From Candidatus Krumholzibacteriota bacterium (lineage in GTDB: Bacteria > Krumholzibacteriota > Krumholzibacteriia > JAJRXK01), in assembly GCA_963727455.1 (NCBI GenBank), contig CAVSGG010000005.1, positions 320,001 to 384,000 of the forward strand: a stretch of 64,000 bases of DNA. Reading direction: 5' to 3'. The notes below the pieces were generated by a model. The model did not search any database, was not told the origin of the DNA, and saw only the letters and a list, made by a program, of their open reading frames with translations. Positions 29,268 to 39,039 of the stretch are shown here, piece by piece (within the stretch, counting starts at the first letter, position 1; every line of letters begins with the position of its first letter). The translations under genes were made by a program, and so were the position numbers.

Positions 29268-29786
29268 ATGAGCCTCGCGTACGTGGCCTTGGGGAGCAAC
29301 CAGGGAGCAAGACGGCACGAACTCGCGCGGGCCGTTCAGGGCCTGCAGCGACTGCCGAAGACCCAGCTCCAGGGGGTCAGCCGCCTCTACGAGACTGCCT
29401 ATCAGGGTGCCGGAACCCAGCGCCCCTATCTCAACGCATGCCTCGTTCTCGAGACCTCGCTCTCGCCTCAGCGGCTCCTTCAGGCCGGACAGGAAATGGA
29501 GCGACGGGCCGGACGTGAGCGCGACGGCCATATGAAGCCCAGGCCCCTGGACGTGGACCTTCTCCTGGTCGACGATCTGCGTCTCGACGAGGCGCATCTC
29601 CGCCTGCCTCATCCGCGCATGCACGAACGGCGATTCGTCCTCCAACCCCTGGCCGATCTCGATCCCGAGCTGGAGCTTCCCGGGCAGGAGCTGCGGGTAG
29701 GGCAGCTTCTTCAGGAGCCGCGCATCCGCAGGCAGGAACTGAGGGAGGCCGCACGCGGCCGCTGGTGGGAGGTGAAGGAAGAGTGA
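29268..29786 (+). CDS. folK: 2-amino-4-hydroxy-6-hydroxymethyldihydropteridine pyrophosphokinase
   Basis: YVALGSN, YLNA, PRPLDVDLL, LPHPRMHERRFVL.PL. Confidence 0.95.
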   Translation: MSLAYVALGSNQGARRHELARAVQGLQRLPKTQLQGVSRLYETAYQGAGTQRPYLNACLVLETSLSPQRLLQAGQEMERRAGRERDGHMKPRPLDVDLLLVDDLRLDEAHLRLPHPRMHERRFVLQPLADLDPELELPGQELRVGQLLQEPRIRRQELREAARGRWWEVKEE

Positions 29787-30439
29787 GTCCCGTGGATTCC
29801 CCTTGGCGCTACATCGTGGTCGAAGGGGTCATTGGAGCGGGCAAGACCAGTCTCTGCCGGCTCCTCTCGGAGAGCTTGGGGGCACGGCTTACCCTGGAGG
29901 TGGTGGAGGAGAACCCCTTCCTGCCCAAGTTCTATCAGGATCGCGCCGCCTACGCCTTCGTGACGCAGAACTTCTTTCTGCTGAGTCGCTACCAGCAACA
30001 GATGAATCTCGTGCAAATGGACCTCTTCGACAATAGTCTTGTCGCGGACTATCTCTTTGCCAAGGATCGTATCTTTGCTAACATCAACCTCAGCGACGAC
30101 GAGTTGCGGCTTTACGAACGTTTGGCGTCCATTTTGGAGGAGCGGGTTCGGCGCCCGGACCTGGTGGTCTATCTGCAGGCGAGCACCGAAGTCCTCATGA
30201 CGCGGATCCGCTGGCGTGGCCGCAGCTACGAGCGTGACATGGACGTGGATTACATTCAGACGCTCAACGAGGCCTACAACTACTTCTTCTTCCACTACGA
30301 TGAGACGCCCCTGCTCATCGTGAACACCAACGAACTCGATTTCGTGAAGAACCGCGACCACTATGCGGATCTCCTGCACCGCATTCTCCAACCCTTTACC
30401 GGAACGCAATACTACGTTCCGCCATGGAAAGAGGAATGA
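29783..30439 (+). CDS. deoxynucleoside kinase
   Basis: VEGVIGAGKT, ENPFL..FY, Q.FFLLSR, PDLVVYL, RGRSYE. Confidence 0.9.
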   Translation: MSPVDSPWRYIVVEGVIGAGKTSLCRLLSESLGARLTLEVVEENPFLPKFYQDRAAYAFVTQNFFLLSRYQQQMNLVQMDLFDNSLVADYLFAKDRIFANINLSDDELRLYERLASILEERVRRPDLVVYLQASTEVLMTRIRWRGRSYERDMDVDYIQTLNEAYNYFFFHYDETPLLIVNTNELDFVKNRDHYADLLHRILQPFTGTQYYVPPWKEE

Positions 30440-31275
30440 TGGCCAAGACCACGCGTCTGGATCTCCTCCGTTCCAAGAAAGAGCACCGCAAGATCGCGGT
30501 CGTGACCGCGTACGACTATCCCACCGCGCGTCTGGTGGACATGGCGGAAGTGGACGCGATCCTGGTAGGGGATAGCCTGGGAAATGTCATTCAGGGACAC
30601 GACAGTACGCTGCCCGTGACCTTAGAACACATGATCTACCACACGAGTTGTGTGAGCCGCGCCCGGCCGCGCGCGATGATCGTCGCCGATTTGCCCTTCG
30701 GCACCTTTCAACGCGGTCCCCAGGTGACCTTGGACGCCTCCATTCGATTGATGCAGGAAGCCAATGCGGAAGCGGTAAAAATCGAGGGCGCCGGCCCGCG
30801 ACTCGCTTCCATCGAGACCGTCGCCAGCCAGGACATTCCCGTGTGGGCGCACCTCGGTCTCACTCCTCAGTCGGTGCACGGCTTCGGAGGGCATCGCGTC
30901 CAGGGGAAGGAATCCGAATCGGCGCACCGGATTTTGGAGCAGGCGCGCCGCGTCGAGTCCGCGGGAGCCTGCGCGCTCGTGCTCGAGTGTATTCCCCACG
31001 AACTGGCAGGCGAGATCACCAGGACTCTGGCGATTCCGACCATCGGCATCGGCGCTGGCCCTGAATGCGACGGCCAAGTCCTGGTCTTCCACGACTTGCT
31101 GGGCTTCGACAAGAGTTTCGTACCGCGCTTCGTGAGGCAATACGCACAGATGGAGGACCTGATTCCCGAAGCCCTCCGGAGGTTCGTGAGCGAGGTACGT
31201 GATGGGAGCTTTCCCACCCTCGAAGAGAGCTATGCCTCCGCCAAGGAGCTCGCGAAAAAGGCCAGGAGGCGTTGA
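30436..31275 (+). CDS. panB: 3-methyl-2-oxobutanoate hydroxymethyltransferase
   Basis: TAYDY, LVGDSLG, AVKIEG, HLGLTPQ, IGIGAG..CDGQVLV. Confidence 0.97.
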   Translation: MMAKTTRLDLLRSKKEHRKIAVVTAYDYPTARLVDMAEVDAILVGDSLGNVIQGHDSTLPVTLEHMIYHTSCVSRARPRAMIVADLPFGTFQRGPQVTLDASIRLMQEANAEAVKIEGAGPRLASIETVASQDIPVWAHLGLTPQSVHGFGGHRVQGKESESAHRILEQARRVESAGACALVLECIPHELAGEITRTLAIPTIGIGAGPECDGQVLVFHDLLGFDKSFVPRFVRQYAQMEDLIPEALRRFVSEVRDGSFPTLEESYASAKELAKKARRR

Positions 31276-32219
31276 CCTTGCCCGCCCCGAGGCTCATTCG
31301 GTCTGAAGCGCAGATCGAAGAGGCCCTCGCGCCCGCGCGTCAGAGCCCCAGTCCGCTCGTCTTCGTTCCCACCATGGGCGACCTTCACGAGGGCCATCTG
31401 ACCCTGGTGCGCATGGGGGCCAAGCTGGGTCGCGTGTTGGTGAGCATTTTCGTGAACCCCACCCAATTCGGACCCCACGAGGATTTCGAGAGCTATCCGC
31501 GCAATTTGGAACGCGATCTGGGGCTTTTGCAAGAAGTGGGTGGAGTGAGCGCGGTCTATGCCCCTTCGGTGGAGGAGATCTACCCCAAGGGCGATTCGAC
31601 TTTCGTCGAAGTGAAAGGACTCGGAGAAATTCTGGAGGGGGAATACCGCCCCGGCCATCTCCGTGGAGTCAGTACCGTGCTCGCCAAGCTCTTTCTGAAG
31701 TTGCGGCCGCAGATTGCCATCTTCGGTCAGAAGGATGCGCAGCAGTGTTTGGTGGTGAAGAGGATGGTCCAAGACCTTCGCATTCCCCTGCGCCTGCTCT
31801 TTGGCCCCACGGTGCGCGAGAGCGACGGACTCGCATTGAGCTCACGGAACCGCTATCTCTCGGGCGAGGAGAGGGTCCAGGCACTCGCACTGCATCGCGC
31901 ATTGCGTTTGGGCGAGAGACTCTTAGGGGAGGGTGAGCGCAAGGCGGCAATGGTAGAGTCCGCCATGGCCAGCTCTCTGGAGGCGGAGCGGGTGCGGATA
32001 GACTACGCAGTTCTGCGGGCGCTGCCGGAGCTCGAACGGGTGCCCAGCGCGGAAGGACATCTTCTGCTCGCGGTTGCGGCCCGGGTGGGTAAGGCGCGGC
32101 TCATCGACAACCTCTGCCTCCGCGTGAGCGAGCAAGGTGTGAAGGAGTCCCCTCTGGACGAAGGATCCACCCTGGAGGCGCTGCAAAAGGAGTTTGAAAC
32201 GCGAAGGAGCGGTAGCTGA
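31272..32219 (+). CDS. panC: pantoate--beta-alanine ligase
   Basis: VPTMGDLHEGH, SIFVNPTQF, FGQKDAQQ, DGLALSSRN, RLIDN. Confidence 0.97.
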   Translation: MTLPAPRLIRSEAQIEEALAPARQSPSPLVFVPTMGDLHEGHLTLVRMGAKLGRVLVSIFVNPTQFGPHEDFESYPRNLERDLGLLQEVGGVSAVYAPSVEEIYPKGDSTFVEVKGLGEILEGEYRPGHLRGVSTVLAKLFLKLRPQIAIFGQKDAQQCLVVKRMVQDLRIPLRLLFGPTVRESDGLALSSRNRYLSGEERVQALALHRALRLGERLLGEGERKAAMVESAMASSLEAERVRIDYAVLRALPELERVPSAEGHLLLAVAARVGKARLIDNLCLRVSEQGVKESPLDEGSTLEALQKEFETRRSGS

Positions 32220-32962
32220 TGAGCGCGAGCTTCGCGGTAGTTTTGGCCGCGGGCAAGGGGACCCGCATGAAGAGCGACAAGGCGAAGGTCCTGCACGAGC
32301 TTGCGGGGAGGCCAATGCTGAGTCACGTGCTGGACGCGCTCGAAGAACTCGGAGTGGAGCAAACGGTTGTGGTGGTGGGGCACCAGGCCGATGCGGTATC
32401 CGAGATCTGTCGTGAGCACGCGGTGGATACGGTGCTTCAGGCCGAGCAATTGGGAACGGGGCATGCGGTGGAGCAGACCCGGCCCCTCCTCGAGGGGCGG
32501 GAGGGACTCACGCTCATTCTGAGCGGTGACGTGCCGCTGCTCCGGTCGTCGACCCTGCGCGCGATGCAGGAAGCGGTGCAGACCGACAGTGCCGCGGCTT
32601 GCGTTCTCACCGCCATCACGGAGGATGCGAGCGGATACGGACGGATCCTCCGCGGGCGGGCGGGAGAAATTCTCGGCATCGTGGAAGAAAAGGACGCGAG
32701 CGAGGAGCAGCGACGCATCGGCGAGTACAATACCGGCACATACTGTTTCAAGAATGTACTACTGTGGCCGCTCATCCGGCAGTTGGACACGGACAATGCG
32801 CAGGGCGAATTTTATCTCACCGATCTCATCGCCCTCCTGGTACAAAGCGGCGAGAGAGTCGAAGGCGTCCTCTGTGAGGACGAGCGAGAAGTGCAGGGAG
32901 TGAATACGATCGAGGACCTGGCACGGGCACGGCGCGACTGGGAGGAACTTCACCGTGGATAG
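32219..32962 (+). CDS. GlmU-like nucleotidyltransferase (uridyltransferase domain only)
   Basis: LAAGKGTRMKS..AKVLH, QLGTGHA, GDVPLL, GYGRI, NAQGEFYLTD, GVN; ends before any hexapeptide LbH domain. Confidence 0.85.
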   Translation: MSASFAVVLAAGKGTRMKSDKAKVLHELAGRPMLSHVLDALEELGVEQTVVVVGHQADAVSEICREHAVDTVLQAEQLGTGHAVEQTRPLLEGREGLTLILSGDVPLLRSSTLRAMQEAVQTDSAAACVLTAITEDASGYGRILRGRAGEILGIVEEKDASEEQRRIGEYNTGTYCFKNVLLWPLIRQLDTDNAQGEFYLTDLIALLVQSGERVEGVLCEDEREVQGVNTIEDLARARRDWEELHRG

Positions 32963-33443
32963 ACTTTTTACCCCCTGGCGCAGGTCCTATGTCACCTCTC
33001 TCAACGAACCCTCCACCTGTGTCCTCTGTGAAGTCGCGCAGGCCGACGATCGCGCATCACACATACTCTTGCGAGAGAGCGGCTGGTACCTCGTACTGAA
33101 CAAGTATCCCTATACCACGGGCCACATGATGCTGGTGGTGCAGCGTCATATCGGCAGCCTGGAGGAGCTCGACGAACGCGAGACCGAGAGCCAGGCGCGG
33201 CTCTTGGCTCTCTGTGAGCACGCGTTGCGCGAGGCCTATCATCCCCATGGCCTGAACGTAGGTCTCAATCTGGGACGTGCGGCCGGAGCCGGGGTCAAGG
33301 GCCACCTGCACTGGCACATTCTGCCGCGCTGGGAAGGGGACGCAAATTTCGTGTCGATCGTGGGCGACACGCGCGTTCTGCCCGAGACCCTGCAGGAGAG
33401 TTACGAACGGCTCTTGCCCTGCTTTGCCCGGGAGGACTCGTGA
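32955..33443 (+). CDS. HIT family hydrolase (Ap4A phosphorylase-like)
   Basis: PWR, CVLC, LNKYPY..GH, NLG.AAGAG, HLHWH. Confidence 0.9.
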   Translation: MDRLFTPWRRSYVTSLNEPSTCVLCEVAQADDRASHILLRESGWYLVLNKYPYTTGHMMLVVQRHIGSLEELDERETESQARLLALCEHALREAYHPHGLNVGLNLGRAAGAGVKGHLHWHILPRWEGDANFVSIVGDTRVLPETLQESYERLLPCFAREDS

Positions 33444-33835
33444 GCCGCACCTCGCTGAGCTTAGGCGGGCTACTGTTGCTCTGTGTGATCCCGGCTGCCG
33501 TTGCCCATTTCAGGCACCACGAGGAGGCGCCTCTGGCGCGGCTCACCATCGAGGTACTGAACGGTTGCGGTGAGGAGGGCGCGGCGGCCACGACCGCGCA
33601 GAAGTTGCGAAGTCTCGGCCAAGACGTGGTCAAGGTGGCCGATGCCGAGCGTAAAGACTACGATCACTGCGTCTTGGTGGACCGCCGGGGGCGCGCCTGG
33701 CTGGCCCGCAGGCTGGCCCGGCGCCTGGGGGGGATCCTGGTGGTCCTGGAGCGACGCGCGGGCGCGGATGCGGACTTGACCCTCATCGTGGGAAGGGACT
33801 ACGCCAAGATCCCCGGCCCCAAGCCTGGCCTCTGA
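33440..33835 (+). CDS. LytR C-terminal domain protein
   Basis: N-terminal TM; IEVLNGCG..GAA, ADLTLIVGRDY. Confidence 0.8.
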   Translation: MSRTSLSLGGLLLLCVIPAAVAHFRHHEEAPLARLTIEVLNGCGEEGAAATTAQKLRSLGQDVVKVADAERKDYDHCVLVDRRGRAWLARRLARRLGGILVVLERRAGADADLTLIVGRDYAKIPGPKPGL

Positions 33836-33903
33836 GAGGGCCTCTTTGTTCCTTGCGAGGCTCGTGCTATGGTGCAGCCCGGTGACCCGAGCGGGAAAGG
33901 CAG

Positions 33904-34179
33904 GTGGACAAACTGGCTAAGCGGCGACTGGGAACGGTAACCCTGATTTTCTTCCTGGGAATCCTCGTGGGAAGCGTCATCAGCCAGGCCGTGGGGCTGT
34001 TTCTCCCCGAGGGCTCGACTGCACACCAGCTCTTCGTCCAATATCTTTCGTTTGGTTTCGGGCCGGCGCCTCTCAATCTCATTATCTTTGATGTGACGCT
34101 GGGTTTTCACATCCACGTGAATCTGTTGAGTGTCATCGGGATCTTCCTGGTGGCGCAGGTTCTCCGCTGGTACCGCTAG
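33904..34179 (+). CDS. small membrane protein (DUF4321-like)
   Basis: Hydrophobic 91 aa, LNLIIFDVTLGF.I.VNLLSVIG; extended -10 TGcTATGGT upstream. Confidence 0.65.
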   Translation: MDKLAKRRLGTVTLIFFLGILVGSVISQAVGLFLPEGSTAHQLFVQYLSFGFGPAPLNLIIFDVTLGFHIHVNLLSVIGIFLVAQVLRWYR

Positions 34180-34197
34180 CGGAGTTTGGGAGGGATC

Positions 34198-34440
34198 ATG
34201 GTCGATCTGAATCTGCCGCTCGCTCTCATTCCCAGTTTCGGCTGGCAAGAGGGTCTGGTCATCCTTGCCGTCGTTCTCTTGGTCTTCGGGCCATCAAAAC
34301 TGCCAGAGGTCGCGGAGGCCATGGGGAAGTCCATTCGGAAGTTCAAGAACGCGACTCGTGACGTCGAGGACTCGATCAAGGATGAAGTCAACCGCATCGA
34401 CGAGGGAGAGAAGAAGGAGAAGGAGAAGGAGAAGGAGTAG
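34198..34440 (+). CDS. tatA: twin-arginine translocase TatA/E subunit
   Basis: GWQEGLVIL.VVLLVFGPSKLPE...MGKSIRKFK. Confidence 0.9.
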   Translation: MVDLNLPLALIPSFGWQEGLVILAVVLLVFGPSKLPEVAEAMGKSIRKFKNATRDVEDSIKDEVNRIDEGEKKEKEKEKE

Positions 34441-34475
34441 GAAAGCGTTTCGCCTCACCCGCCCTCGCCAGAGCC

Positions 34476-36785
34476 TTGGGAGCAGCCTTGAATCTGCATC
34501 AGCTCCTTGCGCGCTTGCAAAGCGACGCAGAATTTAACCGAAACGTCACCCTCTGGCACACGCTGCCCGCCGAGACGGCTCGGTATGTCCCGTTCCCGGA
34601 AGACCTGGACCCACGCCTGTCCAGCGCCCTGCGCCAGCAGGGGATCGAAGCGCTGTACACGCATCAGGGCGAGGTCTACGAGAAGGTCAAGAGTGGTCGG
34701 CACACCGTCGTGGTGACGCCGACCGCGAGCGGGAAAACCCTCTGCTACAACCTGCCGGTGCTGCAGGCCTGTTTGCAGAACGAGGAGGCTCGCGCCCTCT
34801 ATCTCTTTCCCACCAAAGCTCTCAGCCAGGACCAGATGCAGGGTCTGCACGGCCTCATCGAAACGATGGGCGTGGACATCAAGACCTACACTTTCGACGG
34901 AGACACTCCGGCCACCGCGAGGCGCACCATTCGCAGCAGCGGGCACATCGTTGTCACCAATCCCGACATGCTGCACCAGGGAATCCTTCCGCACCATACG
35001 GCGTGGATCAAACTCTTCGAGAACTTGCGCTACGTCGTAATCGACGAGGTTCACCAGTACCGGGGTGTTTTCGGAAGCCACCTCGCCAACGTCATCAGAA
35101 GGTTGCGCCGCATCTGCCGCTTCTACGGCAGCGACCCGGTTTTTCTCTGTTCCAGCGCCACTGTCGCGAACCCAACGGAGCATGCAGGGCGCTTGTTGTC
35201 CGAACCGGTGGAGCTCGTGGACGACAACGGAGCTCCGCGCGGAGAGAAACACCTCGTGTTCTACAACCCTCCGGTGGTGAACGCGGAGCTGGGAATTCGT
35301 CGCAGCGTCATCAAGGAAGCGGCCCGTCTGGCGGAGCCCTTCCTCTCGACCGGAGTGCAGGTCATTCTCTTCGGACGCAGTCGCCTTCGGGTCGAGTTGT
35401 TGCTCACCTACCTCAAGCGATCCCTGAGTAAGCTGCACAAGTCTCCGGCGCTCGCGCGAGGCTATCGCGGAGGATATCTCCCGAGCGAACGTCGCGCGAT
35501 CGAGTACGGACTGCGCGAAGGAAAGATTCTAGCCGTGGCGTCGACGAATGCCCTGGAACTCGGCATCGACATCGGTCAGCTCGATGTCTGCATCATGGCC
35601 GGCTACGCGGGAACCGTGACCTCCACCTGGCAGCAGGCGGGTCGTGCGGGGCGGAGGAAAGGGATGAGCGTCGCAATCGTGGTAGCGTCCAGCAATCCCC
35701 TGGATCAGTACATCATTTCTCATCCGGATTTCTTTCTAGATTCCAATCCCGAGACCGCCATCGTGGACCCCGACAATCTCGCGATTCTGCTCAGTCATTT
35801 GAAGTGTGCGGCGTTCGAACTTCCTTTCACGCGCGAGGAACGTTTCGGGGAGCTCTCGGCCACTTCGGAGATGCTGGGCTATCTCGAGGAAAAGGGCGTT
35901 TTGAACTCGAGCGGGGACCAGTGGCATTGGATTGCGGACACCTACCCCGCCGAGGACGTGAGTCTGCGTAGCGCCGCGGTGGAAAACGTCGTGATCGTGG
36001 ATACGACCAAGAACCATCGGGTCATCGGGGAAACCGATCTGTTTAGCGCGCAGCTCTTGCTCCACGATGATGCCATCTACATGCACGAAGGCAGACAGCA
36101 TCACGTCGATCATCTGGATTGGGAACGTAAGGAAGCTTATGTGCGCCAGGTCGAAGTCGACTACTACACCGACGCACAGCTCAAGACCGAACTTCACGCA
36201 CTGGATCAGTTGGAAAGTGAAGAACTCGGGCTGGGAACGAAGGCACATGGAGAGATCGGCTTGATCACCAAGGCCACCATGTTCAAGAAGATCAAGCTGG
36301 GCACGCACGAGAACGTGGGGGCGGGCAAGATCCAGCTGCCCGAGTTGGAACATCACACGACGAGCTACTGGTGGCGGCTCGACGATACGCTATCTTCGAC
36401 GATGCGCGAGCGGGAGCTCGATCTGGGCGAAGGGCTCAAGGGATTGGCGCACCTTCTGGGCAAAGTGGCGCCCCTTTACATCATGGCTGATCCGGCGGAC
36501 GTACGCGCGGTGCCCATGCTGAAGTCTCCCTTCACTCAGAGCCCCACTCTATTCATCTACGACGTCTATCCGGGCGGAGTGGGTTTCGCACGCAAACTGT
36601 ATTCTCTTCACGAGCTGCTTCTGGAGGCTGCTGCGGCGCGTCTCTTCGAATGTCCCTGCCATGACGGCTGCCCCTCGTGCGTCGGGTCGAACTTGGAAAC
36701 CGGCGGACGCGCTAAGGCATCCGCTCTCTTCCTTTTGAATGAGGGTGGCGTGAAAAACTCGCGCCGCGCGGCGGGCGGCGCCTGA
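34476..36785 (+). CDS. mrfA: DEAD/DEAH helicase with DUF1998 (MrfA/YprA/Hrq1 family)
   Basis: TPTASGKT, PTKALSQDQ, DEVH, SAT, ALELGIDIG, QQAGRAGR; C-terminal IYD.YPGG.G and CPCHDGCPSC; start may be TTG at 34488. Confidence 0.9.
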   Translation: MGAALNLHQLLARLQSDAEFNRNVTLWHTLPAETARYVPFPEDLDPRLSSALRQQGIEALYTHQGEVYEKVKSGRHTVVVTPTASGKTLCYNLPVLQACLQNEEARALYLFPTKALSQDQMQGLHGLIETMGVDIKTYTFDGDTPATARRTIRSSGHIVVTNPDMLHQGILPHHTAWIKLFENLRYVVIDEVHQYRGVFGSHLANVIRRLRRICRFYGSDPVFLCSSATVANPTEHAGRLLSEPVELVDDNGAPRGEKHLVFYNPPVVNAELGIRRSVIKEAARLAEPFLSTGVQVILFGRSRLRVELLLTYLKRSLSKLHKSPALARGYRGGYLPSERRAIEYGLREGKILAVASTNALELGIDIGQLDVCIMAGYAGTVTSTWQQAGRAGRRKGMSVAIVVASSNPLDQYIISHPDFFLDSNPETAIVDPDNLAILLSHLKCAAFELPFTREERFGELSATSEMLGYLEEKGVLNSSGDQWHWIADTYPAEDVSLRSAAVENVVIVDTTKNHRVIGETDLFSAQLLLHDDAIYMHEGRQHHVDHLDWERKEAYVRQVEVDYYTDAQLKTELHALDQLESEELGLGTKAHGEIGLITKATMFKKIKLGTHENVGAGKIQLPELEHHTTSYWWRLDDTLSSTMRERELDLGEGLKGLAHLLGKVAPLYIMADPADVRAVPMLKSPFTQSPTLFIYDVYPGGVGFARKLYSLHELLLEAAAARLFECPCHDGCPSCVGSNLETGGRAKASALFLLNEGGVKNSRRAAGGA

Positions 36786-36790
36786 GAGAA

Positions 36791-38029
36791 ATGATGGAGA
36801 GAGATCTGCGTTCCCGCCTGGCGTTCTTCGACAAGAAGCGCGCCCTACCGGCCGAAAAATCGCCGAGACTTCAGCAGAGTGCTCGCGACGAGCTTCTCGC
36901 CGCACTGGGGGGGGAACTCCGAGGGAGCGGCGCATCTCGGTATCTTAAAATCGAGGAATCGGTAGAGCCAGGGCTGTTCCCGGGCTCTCCCGCCGATGTC
37001 GTTTCGCCCGAGGCCTGGTTCCGGCTGAGCGGCAAGCCCGCACCCGGCGGTAACCACTGGCTGGTTCTGGATACCGAGACGACAGGACTGCAGACCGGAG
37101 CTGGCACCCTGGTATTTCTGGTGGGGCTCTTGCACTGGCGTGACGACGGTGCACAGCTGGTTCAGTATTTCATTCCCGAGCCTGCGGGCGAGAGGGGAAT
37201 GCTGCAAGATCTGTGGCGTGAACTCGAGGCAGCCGACGCGCTCGTCAGTTTCAACGGACTCGCCTTCGACTGCTCACGCCTACGGACGCGGGGGATTCTC
37301 TCGCGTCTGGACCCTGGAGTTCTGGACCGGCCGCAGTTGGATCTCGTGCATCCGGCGCGGAGGATCGCCGCCAATTGGTTGCCCGACTGCCGCCTCAAGA
37401 GTCTGGAGCAGAGTCTCTTGGGGAGAGAGCGCGAGGGCGACTTGCCGGGGAGCGAGGTTCCCGAAGTCTACCGCAGATGGCTGGTCGGAGGCTTCCAGTC
37501 GGAGCTGCCACGGGTCCTCGAGCACAACCGCCACGACGTGGAAAACCTCATGCACTTGGCGGCGATCCTGGCCGCGATCTATTCCGACGGAGAGGATCCG
37601 CTCGAGCTTCCACCGAGCGCACACCATCGCTTGGGCCGGACACTGATGACCCGCAAACGTCTCACCGCAGCGAGAACCCGATTCGAGCGAGCCATGAAAG
37701 AAGGCGAGGAAGCCATATCCTGTCGAGCTGCCCTCGAGTTGGCCCGCCTACACAAGAGATCCGGGGAATGGAAAAGTGCGGAAAAAATCTATCGGCGCTG
37801 TGTCCAGCGCTGGCCGCGGTGGATTCCCGCCCAGGTCGAATTGGCCAAGATCCAGGAGCACCGTCAGAAGGATCCGGCGGCGGCCCTGAAAACGGTGACG
37901 GCGGCACTCGAGTCCTTGGGGAAGCTGCCCGCGGCGGAACGAGATGAGGTTTTTCCCGCGAGAGTCGATACGCTAGAATACCGGCGGCAACGGTTGAGCC
38001 GCCGCCTTCGCAAGGTCGCCCTATCGTGA
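36791..38029 (+). CDS. mrfB: RNase H-like exonuclease with TPR tail (MrfB/YprB family)
   Basis: LDTETTGL, SFNG.AFD, LKSLE, HNRHDV; C-terminal TPR with ELAK.QEH; directly after mrfA. Confidence 0.85.
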   Translation: MMERDLRSRLAFFDKKRALPAEKSPRLQQSARDELLAALGGELRGSGASRYLKIEESVEPGLFPGSPADVVSPEAWFRLSGKPAPGGNHWLVLDTETTGLQTGAGTLVFLVGLLHWRDDGAQLVQYFIPEPAGERGMLQDLWRELEAADALVSFNGLAFDCSRLRTRGILSRLDPGVLDRPQLDLVHPARRIAANWLPDCRLKSLEQSLLGREREGDLPGSEVPEVYRRWLVGGFQSELPRVLEHNRHDVENLMHLAAILAAIYSDGEDPLELPPSAHHRLGRTLMTRKRLTAARTRFERAMKEGEEAISCRAALELARLHKRSGEWKSAEKIYRRCVQRWPRWIPAQVELAKIQEHRQKDPAAALKTVTAALESLGKLPAAERDEVFPARVDTLEYRRQRLSRRLRKVALS

Positions 38030-39039
38030 GTTTGAACGAACAGAGCCAACGAGTCGCTGCCCGAAAACGCGCGGCCGCATTCTCCATTCTCCTCAGCGTA
38101 GTGCTGTTGGCGGCCAAGGTCTTCGCTTGGCATCTGACCGCCTCCACCGCGATTCTCTCCGACGCCATCGAGACGATCATCAACGTGGTCGCGGCATCGC
38201 TGGCCTACTTCTCGATCGTGCAAGGAGCCAAGCCGCCGGACAGCGATCACCCCTATGGACACGGTAAGGCCGAGGACTTCTCTGCCGGAGTGGAGGGGAC
38301 GCTCATCGTCATCGCGGCCCTGCTCATCGTGTGGCATGCTCTGCATCGGCTCCTCGAACCGCGCGAAATCGGACAGCTCGACATTGGACTTCTGATCATT
38401 CTGGCCACCAGCTTCGCGAATGGTGCGGCGGGAATGTACCTCATCCGGCAGGGGAAGAGCCAGGCGAGTCAAGCCCTGATCGCCGACGGCTATCACCTTC
38501 TCACCGACACCGTTACCAGCGCCGGGGTTGTGGTTGGCTTGATCCTGGTGCGCGTCACTGGGCAAGTGTGGCTCGATCCTGTGGCGGCCATCGCAGTGGC
38601 GGCCCACATTCTCGTGGTGGGCCTGCGCCTGATGCGTCAAGCCATCGGGCGATTGATGGATGAAGCCGACGCCGAGCTCCTCGAAGAGATCGCGCGGCGT
38701 CTACAAGCCACGCGTCTCCCCGAGTGGATCGATCTGCACGAGCTCAGAGCATGGCGAAGCGGCGATCTCAGGCACATCGACCTCCACCTGACCCTGCCGC
38801 GCTACTGGAGGATCGATCAGGCCCACGAGACCCAAGCGCATCTCAAGGATGTGCTCCTCGCGCCCTACGATGGGCGGGGAGAGTGCATCGTCCACCTCGA
38901 TCCCTGTACCCCGGAATGCTGTCGAATCTGTGCCGTCAGCAATTGCCCGGTGCGCGCGGAGCCCCTGCAGACCCGTCCGGAGTGGACGGGAGAGGTCCTC
39001 GTTCTGGGGCCGAAAGAAGCCAGGGCGATTCGGAATTAA
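38026..39039 (+). CDS. cation diffusion facilitator (FieF-like)
   Basis: SDAIE, PPDSDHPYGHGKAE, ADGYHLLTD, DPVAA, VHLDP; Cys-rich tail. Confidence 0.9.
   Translation: MSLNEQSQRVAARKRAAAFSILLSVVLLAAKVFAWHLTASTAILSDAIETIINVVAASLAYFSIVQGAKPPDSDHPYGHGKAEDFSAGVEGTLIVIAALLIVWHALHRLLEPREIGQLDIGLLIILATSFANGAAGMYLIRQGKSQASQALIADGYHLLTDTVTSAGVVVGLILVRVTGQVWLDPVAAIAVAAHILVVGLRLMRQAIGRLMDEADAELLEEIARRLQATRLPEWIDLHELRAWRSGDLRHIDLHLTLPRYWRIDQAHETQAHLKDVLLAPYDGRGECIVHLDPCTPECCRICAVSNCPVRAEPLQTRPEWTGEVLVLGPKEARAIRN

Noticed and set aside
29064-29645. N-terminal extension of the BoxB-like ORF (574-aa call)
   Set aside because: It overlaps folK and the divergent promoters; the RBS supports ATG at 29063
34405-34438. 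GAGAAG tandem repeats
   Set aside because: They encode the charged KE tail of TatA; not a CRISPR or mobile repeat
34476-36785. DUF1998 helicase as a DISARM/Druantia defence gene
   Set aside because: The partner is a YprB/MrfB exonuclease, and there is no methylase or other defence gene
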